From Thiomicrorhabdus sp. (GTDB taxonomy: Bacteria > Pseudomonadota > Gammaproteobacteria > Thiomicrospirales > Thiomicrospiraceae), in assembly GCA_963677355.2 (NCBI GenBank), contig CAXXXQ010000003.1, positions 322,364 to 386,363 of the forward strand: 64,000 nucleotides of DNA. The letters run 5' to 3'. The translations under genes and the position numbers were made by a program. Below the pieces are notes generated by a model. It saw nothing but the letters and a program-made list of their open reading frames with translations, was not told the origin of the DNA and made no database searches. Shown here one piece after another: positions 28,103-37,482 of the stretch (positions within the stretch are counted from its first letter, which is position 1; every line of letters starts with the position of its first letter).

Positions 28103-30514
28103 TTAGGCACAAACCCGGTTTTTACCTTGACGCTTGGCTTTATAAAGCTGTTTGTCTGCTCGGTCAATCAGGGAAATAGAGTGATCGCTCGGTTGGGATT
28201 GGGCAATACCGATACTGATGGTTTGCGTGAAGTTTTCTATAAATTTAAGTTCGGCGACGCTGTTCAGCAGCTTTTCGGCGAGTTGGCGAGCATGCTCGAG
28301 ATCGGTTTCCGGGCAGATGACAATGAATTCTTCTCCGCCCCAGCGGCCGACGGTATCGGATTTGCGGACATTTTCCGAGATGACGTTGAAGGTTCTTTTG
28401 ATCACTTCGTCGCCTAGCAGATGGCCGTAGTTATCATTAATTTGTTTAAAGTTATCCAAATCGATCAACAGTACAGACAGCTTGCTGTGGTAACGTTGCG
28501 AACGACTGATTTCGCCTTCCAATACTTGATCAAGATGTTGGCGGTTGTAGGCGCCGGTTAAAAAGTCGGTGACGCTCAATATTTCCAGTCTTTCATTACT
28601 GGCTTCCAGCGACTTTTGCGTAGTGACTAGCTTTTGGTTGGTCGTGGTTAACTGGCGGTTTAGGGTTCGCATTTTGTGACCGTAAATAGAGACCAGTAAG
28701 AGGATAAGCAAGGCCGGAGCGAGGTATAGTGCCAGCTCTTTCCAATTGATTTCCTGTTTATATTCAATCTGTAGCCAGCGGTTGCTGAGTCGGGTTTTGG
28801 TCTCGTTATCGATGGTCGCGAGTGCTTTAGTCAGAATAGAGTGCAGTTCCGGCAGTTCTTTGCCGACCGCCATTTTGATATTGGCGTTGAAGGCCGTTTC
28901 GCCACTGATTTGGATATTGGTGAGTCCTAGGGAGCGGATGTGATAACCGACCACGGCGAGATTGTCTACATAGCCGTAGGCTTGGCCGGTGGCAACCGCG
29001 TTTAAGCCCTCTTCAATAGAGTGAACCAGTAGAGTATCCAGATGCGGATAGTTCTTTTCGAGTAGTTCATGAGCGGCATAGTTTTCGACCACGGCAATGA
29101 CTTTTTTAGGTAGCTTGTTAAAGTCAGGAATGTAGTTTTCGCCTTTTTGGGTGGCGATGACCATCGGGAACTTGAGGTAGGCTGGCGTAAAGTTGACATA
29201 TTGTCTTCGGTCCGGCGTTTCGATCACCGCTGAAAACATATCGATTCGGCCTGATTTAACGGCTTCAACAGACTGGTTCCAAGTCAATTGTTTCTGAGGC
29301 AGGAATTTAATTCCGGTAATGGCATTGAGATGGTTCAAATAATCTTTTACCAGACCGTTATACCGGTCGTGTTCGTCAATGAATTCAATCGGTTGCCAGG
29401 ACGGATCTATCGCCACGGTGACTTGCGGGTTGCGTTTGATCCAGGCTTTTTCCACACGGCTCAGTTTCAGTTTGTGTAATTCCGGTTTATAGATGCCTTC
29501 GGAGAGGTTGTACTCTTTGTTGATCAACTTGTGTTTTTCAAACAGTTTTTGAATATATTTCAAACGGCCGGCATTGAGTGTACCGATCGGAACCGCGCCG
29601 GCTTGAATAATCTCTTCTATCGCTTTGGCTTCATACATCAGGTGCTCGAAACTTTTATCGACTTTCAGTTCCTTGATGATGTAATTGATGATTTCCGCTT
29701 TGTTTTCCAAGGCGTATTGCCAACCTCTTATGGAAGCTCTGCGGAAGCTTTCGACTCTGTCCGGATGATTATTTACTTCATCGTTATTGGCAAAAATCAG
29801 GTCGCCGTAAAAATCGACACCGAAATTGAGCGGTCTGATGACGTTGATATCAATCCCTTTTTCTATAAAGAAGTAGGGTTCGTTCGATAAGTAGCCAGGG
29901 TAGACATCCACTTGGCCGCTTGCCAGTACTTCGGGCCCTTCTTTGATCACCATTCTGTTGGTATGTATGTCGATATTGTTCTCGTGCAGCATGGCAAGCA
30001 ACGGAAAGCCGTCGGTGTCTTTTTGATAGAAGGCGACGGTTTTATCTTTTAGTTCATAGGGGCTGTCGATACCGCTCGATTTTAATGTCAGGAAAACGAG
30101 CGGAGAGTGCTGGAAAATGGCTGAAACGATGGTTAGAGGGGCGCCTTTTGCCTGGTATAACATCAGCATGCTGTCTGCTATACCGTATTCGGATTCACCG
30201 TTGATTACCTGCTCGATGTTGTTGGTATAGATGTCGCGTTCCTTGATGGTGACGTCTAAGCCTTCCTCCGCATAAAAACCTTTGATTTTTGCGGCGTAAT
30301 AACCGGCAAACTGGAATTGGTGAAACCATTTCAGTTGTAAAGAGACTTTTTCCGGCGAGCCGTTGCTTTCTTGTGTTTGAGGCAAAGCGGAATGGTTGTC
30401 TTGGTCTCTAGCATAAACCGCCGACGCCAGACTGATCAGTAGCAAAAAAACTACAGTCAAGAGAAGCAGATAACCACTTTTTGAGGTTTTGGCAGCAGGC
30501 GAGATTACGGACAT
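28103..30514 (-). CDS. membrane diguanylate cyclase with two periplasmic solute-binding-type domains
   Basis: Signal/TM segment, then an NMT1/THI5-like SBP region (LQLKWFHQFQFAGYY), an SBP family 3-like region, a TM, a coiled coil and a GGDEF domain. The GGDEF domain has an intact GGEEF and an RxxD I-site (RKSD-TVGRW-GGEEF). Confidence 0.9.
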   Translation of the reverse strand: MSVISPAAKTSKSGYLLLLTVVFLLLISLASAVYARDQDNHSALPQTQESNGSPEKVSLQLKWFHQFQFAGYYAAKIKGFYAEEGLDVTIKERDIYTNNIEQVINGESEYGIADSMLMLYQAKGAPLTIVSAIFQHSPLVFLTLKSSGIDSPYELKDKTVAFYQKDTDGFPLLAMLHENNIDIHTNRMVIKEGPEVLASGQVDVYPGYLSNEPYFFIEKGIDINVIRPLNFGVDFYGDLIFANNDEVNNHPDRVESFRRASIRGWQYALENKAEIINYIIKELKVDKSFEHLMYEAKAIEEIIQAGAVPIGTLNAGRLKYIQKLFEKHKLINKEYNLSEGIYKPELHKLKLSRVEKAWIKRNPQVTVAIDPSWQPIEFIDEHDRYNGLVKDYLNHLNAITGIKFLPQKQLTWNQSVEAVKSGRIDMFSAVIETPDRRQYVNFTPAYLKFPMVIATQKGENYIPDFNKLPKKVIAVVENYAAHELLEKNYPHLDTLLVHSIEEGLNAVATGQAYGYVDNLAVVGYHIRSLGLTNIQISGETAFNANIKMAVGKELPELHSILTKALATIDNETKTRLSNRWLQIEYKQEINWKELALYLAPALLILLLVSIYGHKMRTLNRQLTTTNQKLVTTQKSLEASNERLEILSVTDFLTGAYNRQHLDQVLEGEISRSQRYHSKLSVLLIDLDNFKQINDNYGHLLGDEVIKRTFNVISENVRKSDTVGRWGGEEFIVICPETDLEHARQLAEKLLNSVAELKFIENFTQTISIGIAQSQPSDHSISLIDRADKQLYKAKRQGKNRVCA

Positions 30515-30649
30515 TTATTCTGAGTATTTTTGCGTTGTAAATGACCAAATATTCTACTAGAGAAAGTTGTTGAACTCTATGTATAAAGCAGTGTTTTTCA
30601 AGGTGTTTCTGGTGTTTTGCGGTCAAGATGGGGGCTTGATTTACTATTG

Positions 30650-31390
30650 CTAGGATAAATCTCCCCATAGGGTCTGTAAAATTGCTAATGCGGCGGGACC
30701 GGCAGTTTCCGTTCGCAAAATTCTTGGACCGAATTTAATGGGGGTTAAGCCGATCTGTTTTGCCTGTTCAACTTCGTCATCGGTCAAGCCGCCTTCCGGG
30801 CCGATGAGGAGTTGAATGGGCATTGAGACTGCCGGCTGCTCCAAAGAGGCTAGAGATTCGTTTGCATAAGGATCGAGGATTAGGCCGAAAGTGTGTTCAT
30901 CTTGTTGCTTTAACCACTCTTCAAAATCCAGTATCGGCTGTATTTCGGGAACGACGGTTCGGCCGCTCTGTTCGCAGGCGTTAATGACAATGGTCTGCCA
31001 TTGCTGTCTGCGTTTCTCCAACTTTTCACCTTTGAGTTTGACTTCGCAACGTTCGGTAAAAACCGGTTGGATAGCCGTTACTCCAAGTTCGACCGCTTTT
31101 TGAATGGAGTGATCCATGCGGTCGCCACGTGATATGCCTTGGACGAGAACCGTGTGGATAGGCGATTCGCTGGAGCTTTGCTCAACACGTTCAATAATAA
31201 AGTCCGCAGCACGTCGACCTGAAGCTTCAAGGCGCCCCTGTGCTAGCAGACCTTCCCCATTGAAGGCCTCAATCATCGATCCGGATTTAAGTCGTAAAAC
31301 CGTTAAAGCGTAGTGCGCCTGTTCTTTGGATAGTTCAATCCGCAGATTGGTTTGATAATCAGCGGGCAAGTACAGGCGGGATATACGCAT
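30650..31390 (-). CDS. rsmE: 16S rRNA m3U1498 methyltransferase RsmE
   Basis: 246 aa with N-terminal MRISRLY..., a SPOUT C-terminus IGPEGGL...E and LGPRILRTETA. Confidence 0.9.
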   Translation of the reverse strand: MRISRLYLPADYQTNLRIELSKEQAHYALTVLRLKSGSMIEAFNGEGLLAQGRLEASGRRAADFIIERVEQSSSESPIHTVLVQGISRGDRMDHSIQKAVELGVTAIQPVFTERCEVKLKGEKLEKRRQQWQTIVINACEQSGRTVVPEIQPILDFEEWLKQQDEHTFGLILDPYANESLASLEQPAVSMPIQLLIGPEGGLTDDEVEQAKQIGLTPIKFGPRILRTETAGPAALAILQTLWGDLS

Positions 31391-31400
31391 CGGTTTTTCC

Positions 31401-32252
31401 TTAGCGGTAGGTTAGAGATTTAGCAATATCCAGAGTTGGCTGCACACTGTTCATGCTATAGAAGTGTACACCCGGTGCGCCGGCATCAAGCAGTCTTTGA
31501 GAAAGTTCCTGAACCACTTCTTTACCGAATGCCAACAGGCTCTCTCTGTCGTCTTCGTAACTTTCAAGGCGGCACTTCAACCAGCGAGGCACTTCCGCTC
31601 CGCAGCCTTCCGAGAAGCGAATCAGGTTTTCGTAGTTGGTGATCGGCATAATGCCGGGAACGATCGGAATATCGATACCGTTCTTTTCACAGTTATCGAT
31701 GAAATAACGATAGCTGTCAAAGTTGAAGAAGTATTGGGTAATGGCGGAATCCGCACCTTGTTCAACTTTGTGTTTGAACCATTTAATGCCGATATCGCAG
31801 TTACGCGCCTGAGGGTGCGTTTCCGGATAGGCAGCAACTTCCAAGTGGAATTCGTCACCGCGCTCTTCTTTGATGAATTTCACCAGATCGGAAGCGTATT
31901 TGAACTCGCCCGGATCCATCATTCCGGAAGGCAGGTCGCCGCGCAGTGCAACGATACGTTTGATGCCCAACGCGGAATAGGTATCCAGTAATTCGGTGAC
32001 ACTCTCCCTACAGGCACCGATACAGGTAAGGTGTGGTGCCGCATTTTGCTGGGTTTGTTGCTGGATATATTTGACCGTATCCAGCGTTTTTTCTTGAGTC
32101 GTGCCGCCGGCGCCGTAAGTTACCGACATATATTCCGGGTTCAGTACGCCAAGTTCTTCAATGACGCCTTTAAGCTTTTCCATGCCTTGCTCGGTACGCG
32201 GCGGGAAAAACTCCAAACTGAATTTTTGTTCGTATTGCTTTTGCGATTCCAT
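31401..32252 (-). CDS. metF: 5,10-methylenetetrahydrofolate reductase
   Basis: SLEFFPPRT, SVTYGAGG and ALRGD motifs. Confidence 0.95.
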   Translation of the reverse strand: MESQKQYEQKFSLEFFPPRTEQGMEKLKGVIEELGVLNPEYMSVTYGAGGTTQEKTLDTVKYIQQQTQQNAAPHLTCIGACRESVTELLDTYSALGIKRIVALRGDLPSGMMDPGEFKYASDLVKFIKEERGDEFHLEVAAYPETHPQARNCDIGIKWFKHKVEQGADSAITQYFFNFDSYRYFIDNCEKNGIDIPIVPGIMPITNYENLIRFSEGCGAEVPRWLKCRLESYEDDRESLLAFGKEVVQELSQRLLDAGAPGVHFYSMNSVQPTLDIAKSLTYR

Positions 32253-32271
32253 AATGTATTCCTAGGTTTCG

Positions 32272-33432
32272 TTATAAGCCCGCTTCACTGCGTAAAATAT
32301 CGGCTTTATCGGTTTTTTCCCAAGTGAACTCAGGAAGTTCACGGCCAAAGTGCCCGTAAGAAGCGGTTTTTTGGTAAATAGGGCGGTATAGATCCAACTG
32401 CGCGATAAGGCCTTTCGGACGTAAGTCAAAGTGTTCGCGGACCAGTTTTTCGATCAGTTTAACGTCGACCTTTTCAGTACCGAAAGTTTCGATACTGATT
32501 GAAGTCGGTTCGGCCACGCCGATCGCATAAGAAACTTGGATTTCACATTTATCCGCTAAACCGGCAGCGACCACATTTTTGGCTACATAACGGCCGGCGT
32601 ACGCAGCGGAACGATCCACTTTTGACGGATCTTTACCTGAGAAAGCGCCGCCGCCATGGCGAGCCATACCACCGTAAGTATCCACAATGATTTTTCGTCC
32701 GGTCAAACCGGCATCACCTACAGGCCCACCGATGACAAAACGTCCGGTCGGGTTAATGTGGAACAAGGTATCTTTGTGTAACCATTCTGCCGGTAAAACC
32801 GGTTTAATGATCTCTTCCATAACCGCTTCGCGAAGTGTTTCGGTGTCGACTTCCGGCCCGTGCTGAGTTGAAAGGACGACGGCATCGATAGCAACCGGTT
32901 TGTCGTCTTCGTAACGGAGCGTGATCTGGCTTTTTGCATCCGGGCGCAACCAATCCAGTTGCCCGGACTTGCGAACATAAGCTTGACGTTCCATCAGACG
33001 GTGTGCGTAATAGATCGGAGCCGGCATTAAAACATCGGTCTCGTTCGATGCATAACCGAACATAAGTCCCTGGTCTCCGGCACCTTGTTCATGCTCTTCG
33101 CTGTCGTCAACACCCATGGCGATTTCCGGAGATTGCTTACCGATAGATGAAAGTACCGCACAGGTTTCACCGTCGAAACCTAGGTCTCCATGATTATAGC
33201 CGATCTCGGTAACGACTTTACGGACTAGCTCTTCCTGGTCCACCCAAGCTTCGGTTGTAATTTCGCCGCCAAGAATGACCATGCCGGTCTTAACAAACGT
33301 TTCGCAAGCGACACGCGCTCTCGGATCTTGTTCCAGAATGGCGTCCAGCATCGCATCGGAAATCTGATCTGCAATTTTATCCGGATGTCCTTCGGATACG
33401 GATTCAGAAGTAAATACTGTGGTTTTTGTCAT
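32272..33432 (-). CDS. metK: S-adenosylmethionine synthetase
   Basis: Start at [26 protein letters not shown] (aa 46 of the listed ORF). [12 protein letters not shown] and GGGAFSGKD motifs. Confidence 0.97.
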   Translation of the reverse strand: MTKTTVFTSESVSEGHPDKIADQISDAMLDAILEQDPRARVACETFVKTGMVILGGEITTEAWVDQEELVRKVVTEIGYNHGDLGFDGETCAVLSSIGKQSPEIAMGVDDSEEHEQGAGDQGLMFGYASNETDVLMPAPIYYAHRLMERQAYVRKSGQLDWLRPDAKSQITLRYEDDKPVAIDAVVLSTQHGPEVDTETLREAVMEEIIKPVLPAEWLHKDTLFHINPTGRFVIGGPVGDAGLTGRKIIVDTYGGMARHGGGAFSGKDPSKVDRSAAYAGRYVAKNVVAAGLADKCEIQVSYAIGVAEPTSISIETFGTEKVDVKLIEKLVREHFDLRPKGLIAQLDLYRPIYQKTASYGHFGRELPEFTWEKTDKADILRSEAGL

Positions 33433-33573
33433 GATTGTTCCTCGAATATTGGTTCTTTGAATACGAGGTACGGGGTATATGCAGGACTTAAAAGGGTGAT
33501 ATGGAAAGGTCCTCGCTTTAGCCGTACTTTTTAAAGCGCCCGCAAGCTGATTCTCAAATCGGCGCATCCGCGA

Positions 33574-33602
33574 ATTATCCTAAATTTTGTTTGCAATATC
33601 AA
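33574..33602 (-). promoter_or_regulatory. candidate sigma70 promoter of metK
   Basis: On the minus strand: TTGATA, 17-nt spacer, GATAAT. This would place the transcript start a few nt before the GCGCC stem of the structured leader. Confidence 0.35.
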
Positions 33603-33758
33603 GGTTGAGTTGCGTTCTCCTGCATTTAAGCAGTTGATTTTGCAGTAGCGGCGTTGTGCTCTGTCACCTGAGTGTCATACAGAGTCAATAAAATATGCTG
33701 TTTTGCCAATAAAAATTTTTATTGGTGGACGGTTTTTAGGAGTTTGGGAAGTATAAAT

Positions 33759-35606
33759 ATGACGCGCTTAATTGGTGATGGCACAGGTGATGTTGAAATG
33801 ATGTTTGACGTTTTTGATTCGAGTCAAAGATTGATTCTTCAGCAGAACAGTTTGGGTGCCGAACTGTTGGATATTGTCAGTCACAATAGGTTGCAGTGTG
33901 TGTTTCAGCCGATTGTGGATTTGACGACCAAAAAAACCTGTGCTTTTGAAGCTTTAGTTCGAGGGCCTTTCAATTCTGTTTTGCATCACCCGTTAAATTT
34001 GTTCAAGGTAGCCGATGAGCAGGGCGTGCTCTACGAGATGGATACCTTTGCCCGTATTTCCAGTATCAATGCTTTTGCCCGTCAGGCCAGAGAAACCGAG
34101 CACTTGTATCTGTTTTTGAATGTATCCATTAATGCGGTGATGAATTCGGTGCATCAAAAAGGGGTGACTCTAAAAGCGTTGGAGAGTTTCGGGCTGCCTC
34201 CGGAAAGAGTGGTGATTGAGATTACCGAATTACAACCGGTCGATAACTTTGAAGCTTTCAAAAGTGCCATCAATTACTATCGATCCTATGGCTTCAAAGT
34301 GGCAATCGATGATTTGGGCAGCGGTTATAACGGCTTGCGTATCTGGTCGGAAGTGCGCCCGGATTTCGTCAAAATTGACCGCCACTTTGTCTCGGATATT
34401 CATCTTTACGATGATAAAAAAGCGTTTTTGGAGACTTTGTTAACTCTGGCTAAAAGCACCGAAACACGTGTGGTCGCCGAGGGGGTGGAGACGAAAGAAG
34501 AGCTTGATGTGTTGGAAGAATTGGGTGTCGAACTGGTGCAAGGTTTTCTGTTTAAAAAACCGGAAGAGACTATTTCCGAGGAGCTGCTTTATCAGTGGCC
34601 GGAAAAATTGCCGATGAGCAAACCCGAGAAAGGGGAGGCAACCGTTGCCGAGATCGTGTTTAAGCATCCGGTGGTATCGCCTAATCAAATGGTCAATGAA
34701 ATATCCGAACTGTTTTTGGAGCATCCGGAAATAGACTATTTTCCGGTTGTGGATGAACAGAAAATTAAAGGCATGATTTGGCGCCGCGATTTGATGGATC
34801 TGTTAGCCCGTAAATTTGGTCAAGAATTGCATTCCAAGAAAAAGATTAAGAAGCTCATGGATACAGCGCCAATCGTTGTTGATGCGCGCACTTCATTGGT
34901 TGATTTCAGTCGTTTGGTGACCGAAAGTAATGAGTTGAGTTCGAAAGATGCGTTTATTATTCAAAAAGACGGTAAATATGTCGGCTGCGGCGATTTTATC
35001 AATCTGTTAAGAAAGATGACCGATTTAAAGGTGCAGATGGCTCAGCACGCTAACCCGCTATCCGGACTGCCGGGTAATATGCCGATTCAGAAGCGCTTGA
35101 ATAAACTGTTGAAGAAAAAACAGCCGTTTATGGTGATGTATATCGATGTCGATAATTTTAAGGCGTTTAACGACAATTACAGTTTTGACGAAGGGGATCA
35201 GATTATCGGCGTGATCGCCTCCATCCTTCAGGAGACGGTTCCGGAAGAGCAGTTGATGCACGGCGACAGTTTTATCGGTCATATCGGCGGAGACGATTTT
35301 GTGGTGATGAGTTTGCAGGTCGGCGAGCATGAAATTTGGGCTCGGCAAATCTTGTCGCGTTTTCAGGAACAGGTGGTCGATTTTTATAATTCGGAAGATA
35401 TTGCCAGAGGCGGAATTGAGGCTAAAGATCGCGAGGGCGTATTGAGGTTCTATCCGATGATGAGTTTGTCGATTGGTATTTTATTGGTTGAGCCGGGACT
35501 GTTCGAACATCGTCAGCAGCTCTCCTCCTATGCAACCAAGGCGAAAAAAGGGGCTAAATCCGAGGGCGGAAACACCTATTTCATCGTGGATTCGAGTCAA
35601 CTCTGA
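33759..35606 (+). CDS. EAL - CBS pair - GGDEF-like (GGDDF) signalling protein
   Basis: EAL domain first (FEALVRG, EITE, DDLGSGY, KIDRHF, EGVET, QGFLF), then a CBS-pair-like middle part. It ends with a GGDEF-type domain with YIDVDNFKAFND and HIGGDDFVV. Start chosen at the ATG at 33759. Confidence 0.85.
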   Translation: MTRLIGDGTGDVEMMFDVFDSSQRLILQQNSLGAELLDIVSHNRLQCVFQPIVDLTTKKTCAFEALVRGPFNSVLHHPLNLFKVADEQGVLYEMDTFARISSINAFARQARETEHLYLFLNVSINAVMNSVHQKGVTLKALESFGLPPERVVIEITELQPVDNFEAFKSAINYYRSYGFKVAIDDLGSGYNGLRIWSEVRPDFVKIDRHFVSDIHLYDDKKAFLETLLTLAKSTETRVVAEGVETKEELDVLEELGVELVQGFLFKKPEETISEELLYQWPEKLPMSKPEKGEATVAEIVFKHPVVSPNQMVNEISELFLEHPEIDYFPVVDEQKIKGMIWRRDLMDLLARKFGQELHSKKKIKKLMDTAPIVVDARTSLVDFSRLVTESNELSSKDAFIIQKDGKYVGCGDFINLLRKMTDLKVQMAQHANPLSGLPGNMPIQKRLNKLLKKKQPFMVMYIDVDNFKAFNDNYSFDEGDQIIGVIASILQETVPEEQLMHGDSFIGHIGGDDFVVMSLQVGEHEIWARQILSRFQEQVVDFYNSEDIARGGIEAKDREGVLRFYPMMSLSIGILLVEPGLFEHRQQLSSYATKAKKGAKSEGGNTYFIVDSSQL

Positions 35607-35719
35607 ATGGACTTTAGCATGCTGTAGCAATGCTAAAATTAAATAACAGCTTGAAAAATAAAATAAAAATTATAAAATACCCGGTTTCCTCAAAACTAGG
35701 TAGAGACAAAGGTCTAACA

Positions 35720-36220
35720 ATGAGTGATAACAAACAGCCTCTAGTTGGCGTGATTATGGGTTCCAAATCAGATTGGCCGACCATGATTCATGCAGTCGAT
35801 ATGCTGGAAAAGTTCGATGTCCCGCATGAAGTAAAAGTAGTGTCGGCGCACAGAACACCAGATTTGATGTTTGAATATGCGGAACAAGCCGAAGAGCGTG
35901 GTTTGCAAGTCATTATCGCCGGTGCCGGCGGCGCGGCTCATCTTCCTGGCATGGTTGCGGCAAAGACCGTGGTGCCGGTATTGGGTGTGCCGGTTCAGTC
36001 CCGAGCTTTGAGTGGTAAAGATTCTCTGCTGTCTATTGTGCAGATGCCTGGCGGCATTCCGGTCGGTACTTTGGCTATTGGCGATGCAGGCGCAAAGAAT
36101 GCCGGCATTATGGCGGCGCAGATGGTCGGCAATAATATTCCGTCGATTCGTGAAGCGGTCAAAGCCTTCAGAGCGGAACAGACCGAAACCGTACTGGATA
36201 ACCCGGATCCTAGAATTTAA
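35720..36220 (+). CDS. purE: N5-carboxyaminoimidazole ribonucleotide mutase
   Basis: Start at [19 protein letters not shown] (aa 31 of the listed ORF). SAHRTP and GGAAHLPGM motifs. Confidence 0.95.
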   Translation: MSDNKQPLVGVIMGSKSDWPTMIHAVDMLEKFDVPHEVKVVSAHRTPDLMFEYAEQAEERGLQVIIAGAGGAAHLPGMVAAKTVVPVLGVPVQSRALSGKDSLLSIVQMPGGIPVGTLAIGDAGAKNAGIMAAQMVGNNIPSIREAVKAFRAEQTETVLDNPDPRI

Positions 36221-36271
36221 TCGTTCGCAATTAATTGCCTGATTACTGCGGCTCGTCGCAGTAACTTTTCA

Positions 36272-36318
36272 AAACCGTAATAGGGGAGTTTGCTAAAATG
36301 CCCCATTACGGTTTTTTT
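36272..36318 (+). terminator. strong intrinsic terminator-like hairpin between purE and purK
   Basis: AAACCGTAAT(A)GGGG-14 nt loop-CCCCATTACGGTTT followed by seven T residues. A second 8-bp hairpin (TTACTGCG...CGCAGTAA, 36243..36264) precedes it. Confidence 0.7.
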
Positions 36319-36355
36319 GTTGAATTTTCATAAACATTCCTTTTTGGAGAGAGTA

Positions 36356-37465
36356 ATGACCCCGATTACTAAACGCATTGGTGTTTTAGGTGCCGGCCAG
36401 TTAGGTCGCATGTTGGCGATTGCCGGCTATCCGCTTGGACAGAAATTTGGTTTTTACGGTATGAGCGATGACGAACCTTCCGCTCTGCTCGGCCATATGC
36501 ATAAGCAATCGGATGATACGGATAGCCTGAAACAGTTAGTTGAGTTTGCCGATGTCATTACCTACGAAAGCGAAAATACCAGTGTCGAGCAGGTGCGTGA
36601 AATCGCCAAAACTACGCCGGTCTATCCGGGCGAAAAATCGCTCTATATTTCCCAGCATCGCGGTCGTGAAAAAGGTATGTTTGATCAATTAGGCATTCCG
36701 TGCGCGCCTTATCAGGTAATTGATTCGTTGGATAGTTTGAAAGTGGCGGTTGATGTGATCGGTATTCCGGCCATCCTTAAAACCACTACGGAAGGTTATG
36801 ACGGCAAAGGTCAGTTTTTGATTAAAGACGAAGAGCAGATCGAGCAGGCTTGGAATGAGATCGGCGACCGCGAATTGATTCTGGAAGGTTTTGTTGATTT
36901 CCAGCGCGAACTTTCCATTGTCGCAGTACGTAATGCCAATAATGAGCACGTCTATTATCCGTTGGTGCAGAATGTCCATCACAAAGGTATTTTGCGCTAT
37001 ACCATCGCTCCGGCGCGAGACGTATCCGAACAGATTCAAAAACAGGCGGAAGCCTATATGGAAAAGCTGCTCGACGAGTTGGATCATGTCGGTGTGCTGA
37101 CTTTAGAGCTGTTTGAAACCACACATGGCTTGGTGGCCAACGAGATGGCGCCGCGTGTGCATAATTCTGGGCATTGGACAATTGAAGGCGCCTTGACCAG
37201 TCAGTTTGAAAACCATGTACGTGCCATTACCGGTATGCCGTTGGGCGATACTTCGCCTCGCCAGCCATTAGCCGCGATGATTAATATTATCGGTGAAACC
37301 GGGCCGGTGGAAGAGGTGCTGAAAATGCCGGACGCTTTTTTGCATCTGTATGACAAGGCCGAGCGCGAGGGGCGCAAGCTGGGGCATATTAACTTGATTG
37401 CGGAAACGGAAGATGAGTTGTATGAGAAAATCAAACAGCTTAATGCTTTCTTGCCAAAGATATAA
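36356..37465 (+). CDS. purK: N5-carboxyaminoimidazole ribonucleotide synthase
   Basis: Start at MTPITKRIGVLGAGQLGRML (aa 23 of the listed ORF). ATP-grasp, APRVHNSGHW motif. Confidence 0.95.
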   Translation: MTPITKRIGVLGAGQLGRMLAIAGYPLGQKFGFYGMSDDEPSALLGHMHKQSDDTDSLKQLVEFADVITYESENTSVEQVREIAKTTPVYPGEKSLYISQHRGREKGMFDQLGIPCAPYQVIDSLDSLKVAVDVIGIPAILKTTTEGYDGKGQFLIKDEEQIEQAWNEIGDRELILEGFVDFQRELSIVAVRNANNEHVYYPLVQNVHHKGILRYTIAPARDVSEQIQKQAEAYMEKLLDELDHVGVLTLELFETTHGLVANEMAPRVHNSGHWTIEGALTSQFENHVRAITGMPLGDTSPRQPLAAMINIIGETGPVEEVLKMPDAFLHLYDKAEREGRKLGHINLIAETEDELYEKIKQLNAFLPKI

Positions 37466-37482
37466 TCGCTGACGACAAGTTA

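Noticed and set aside
35607-35719. Riboswitch or PurR box upstream of purE
   Set aside because: I found only an 8-bp hairpin (TTTAGCAT...ATGCTAAA), likely a weak terminator of the upstream gene. There is no purine-riboswitch junction motif or ACGCAAACGTTTGCGT-like PurR box.
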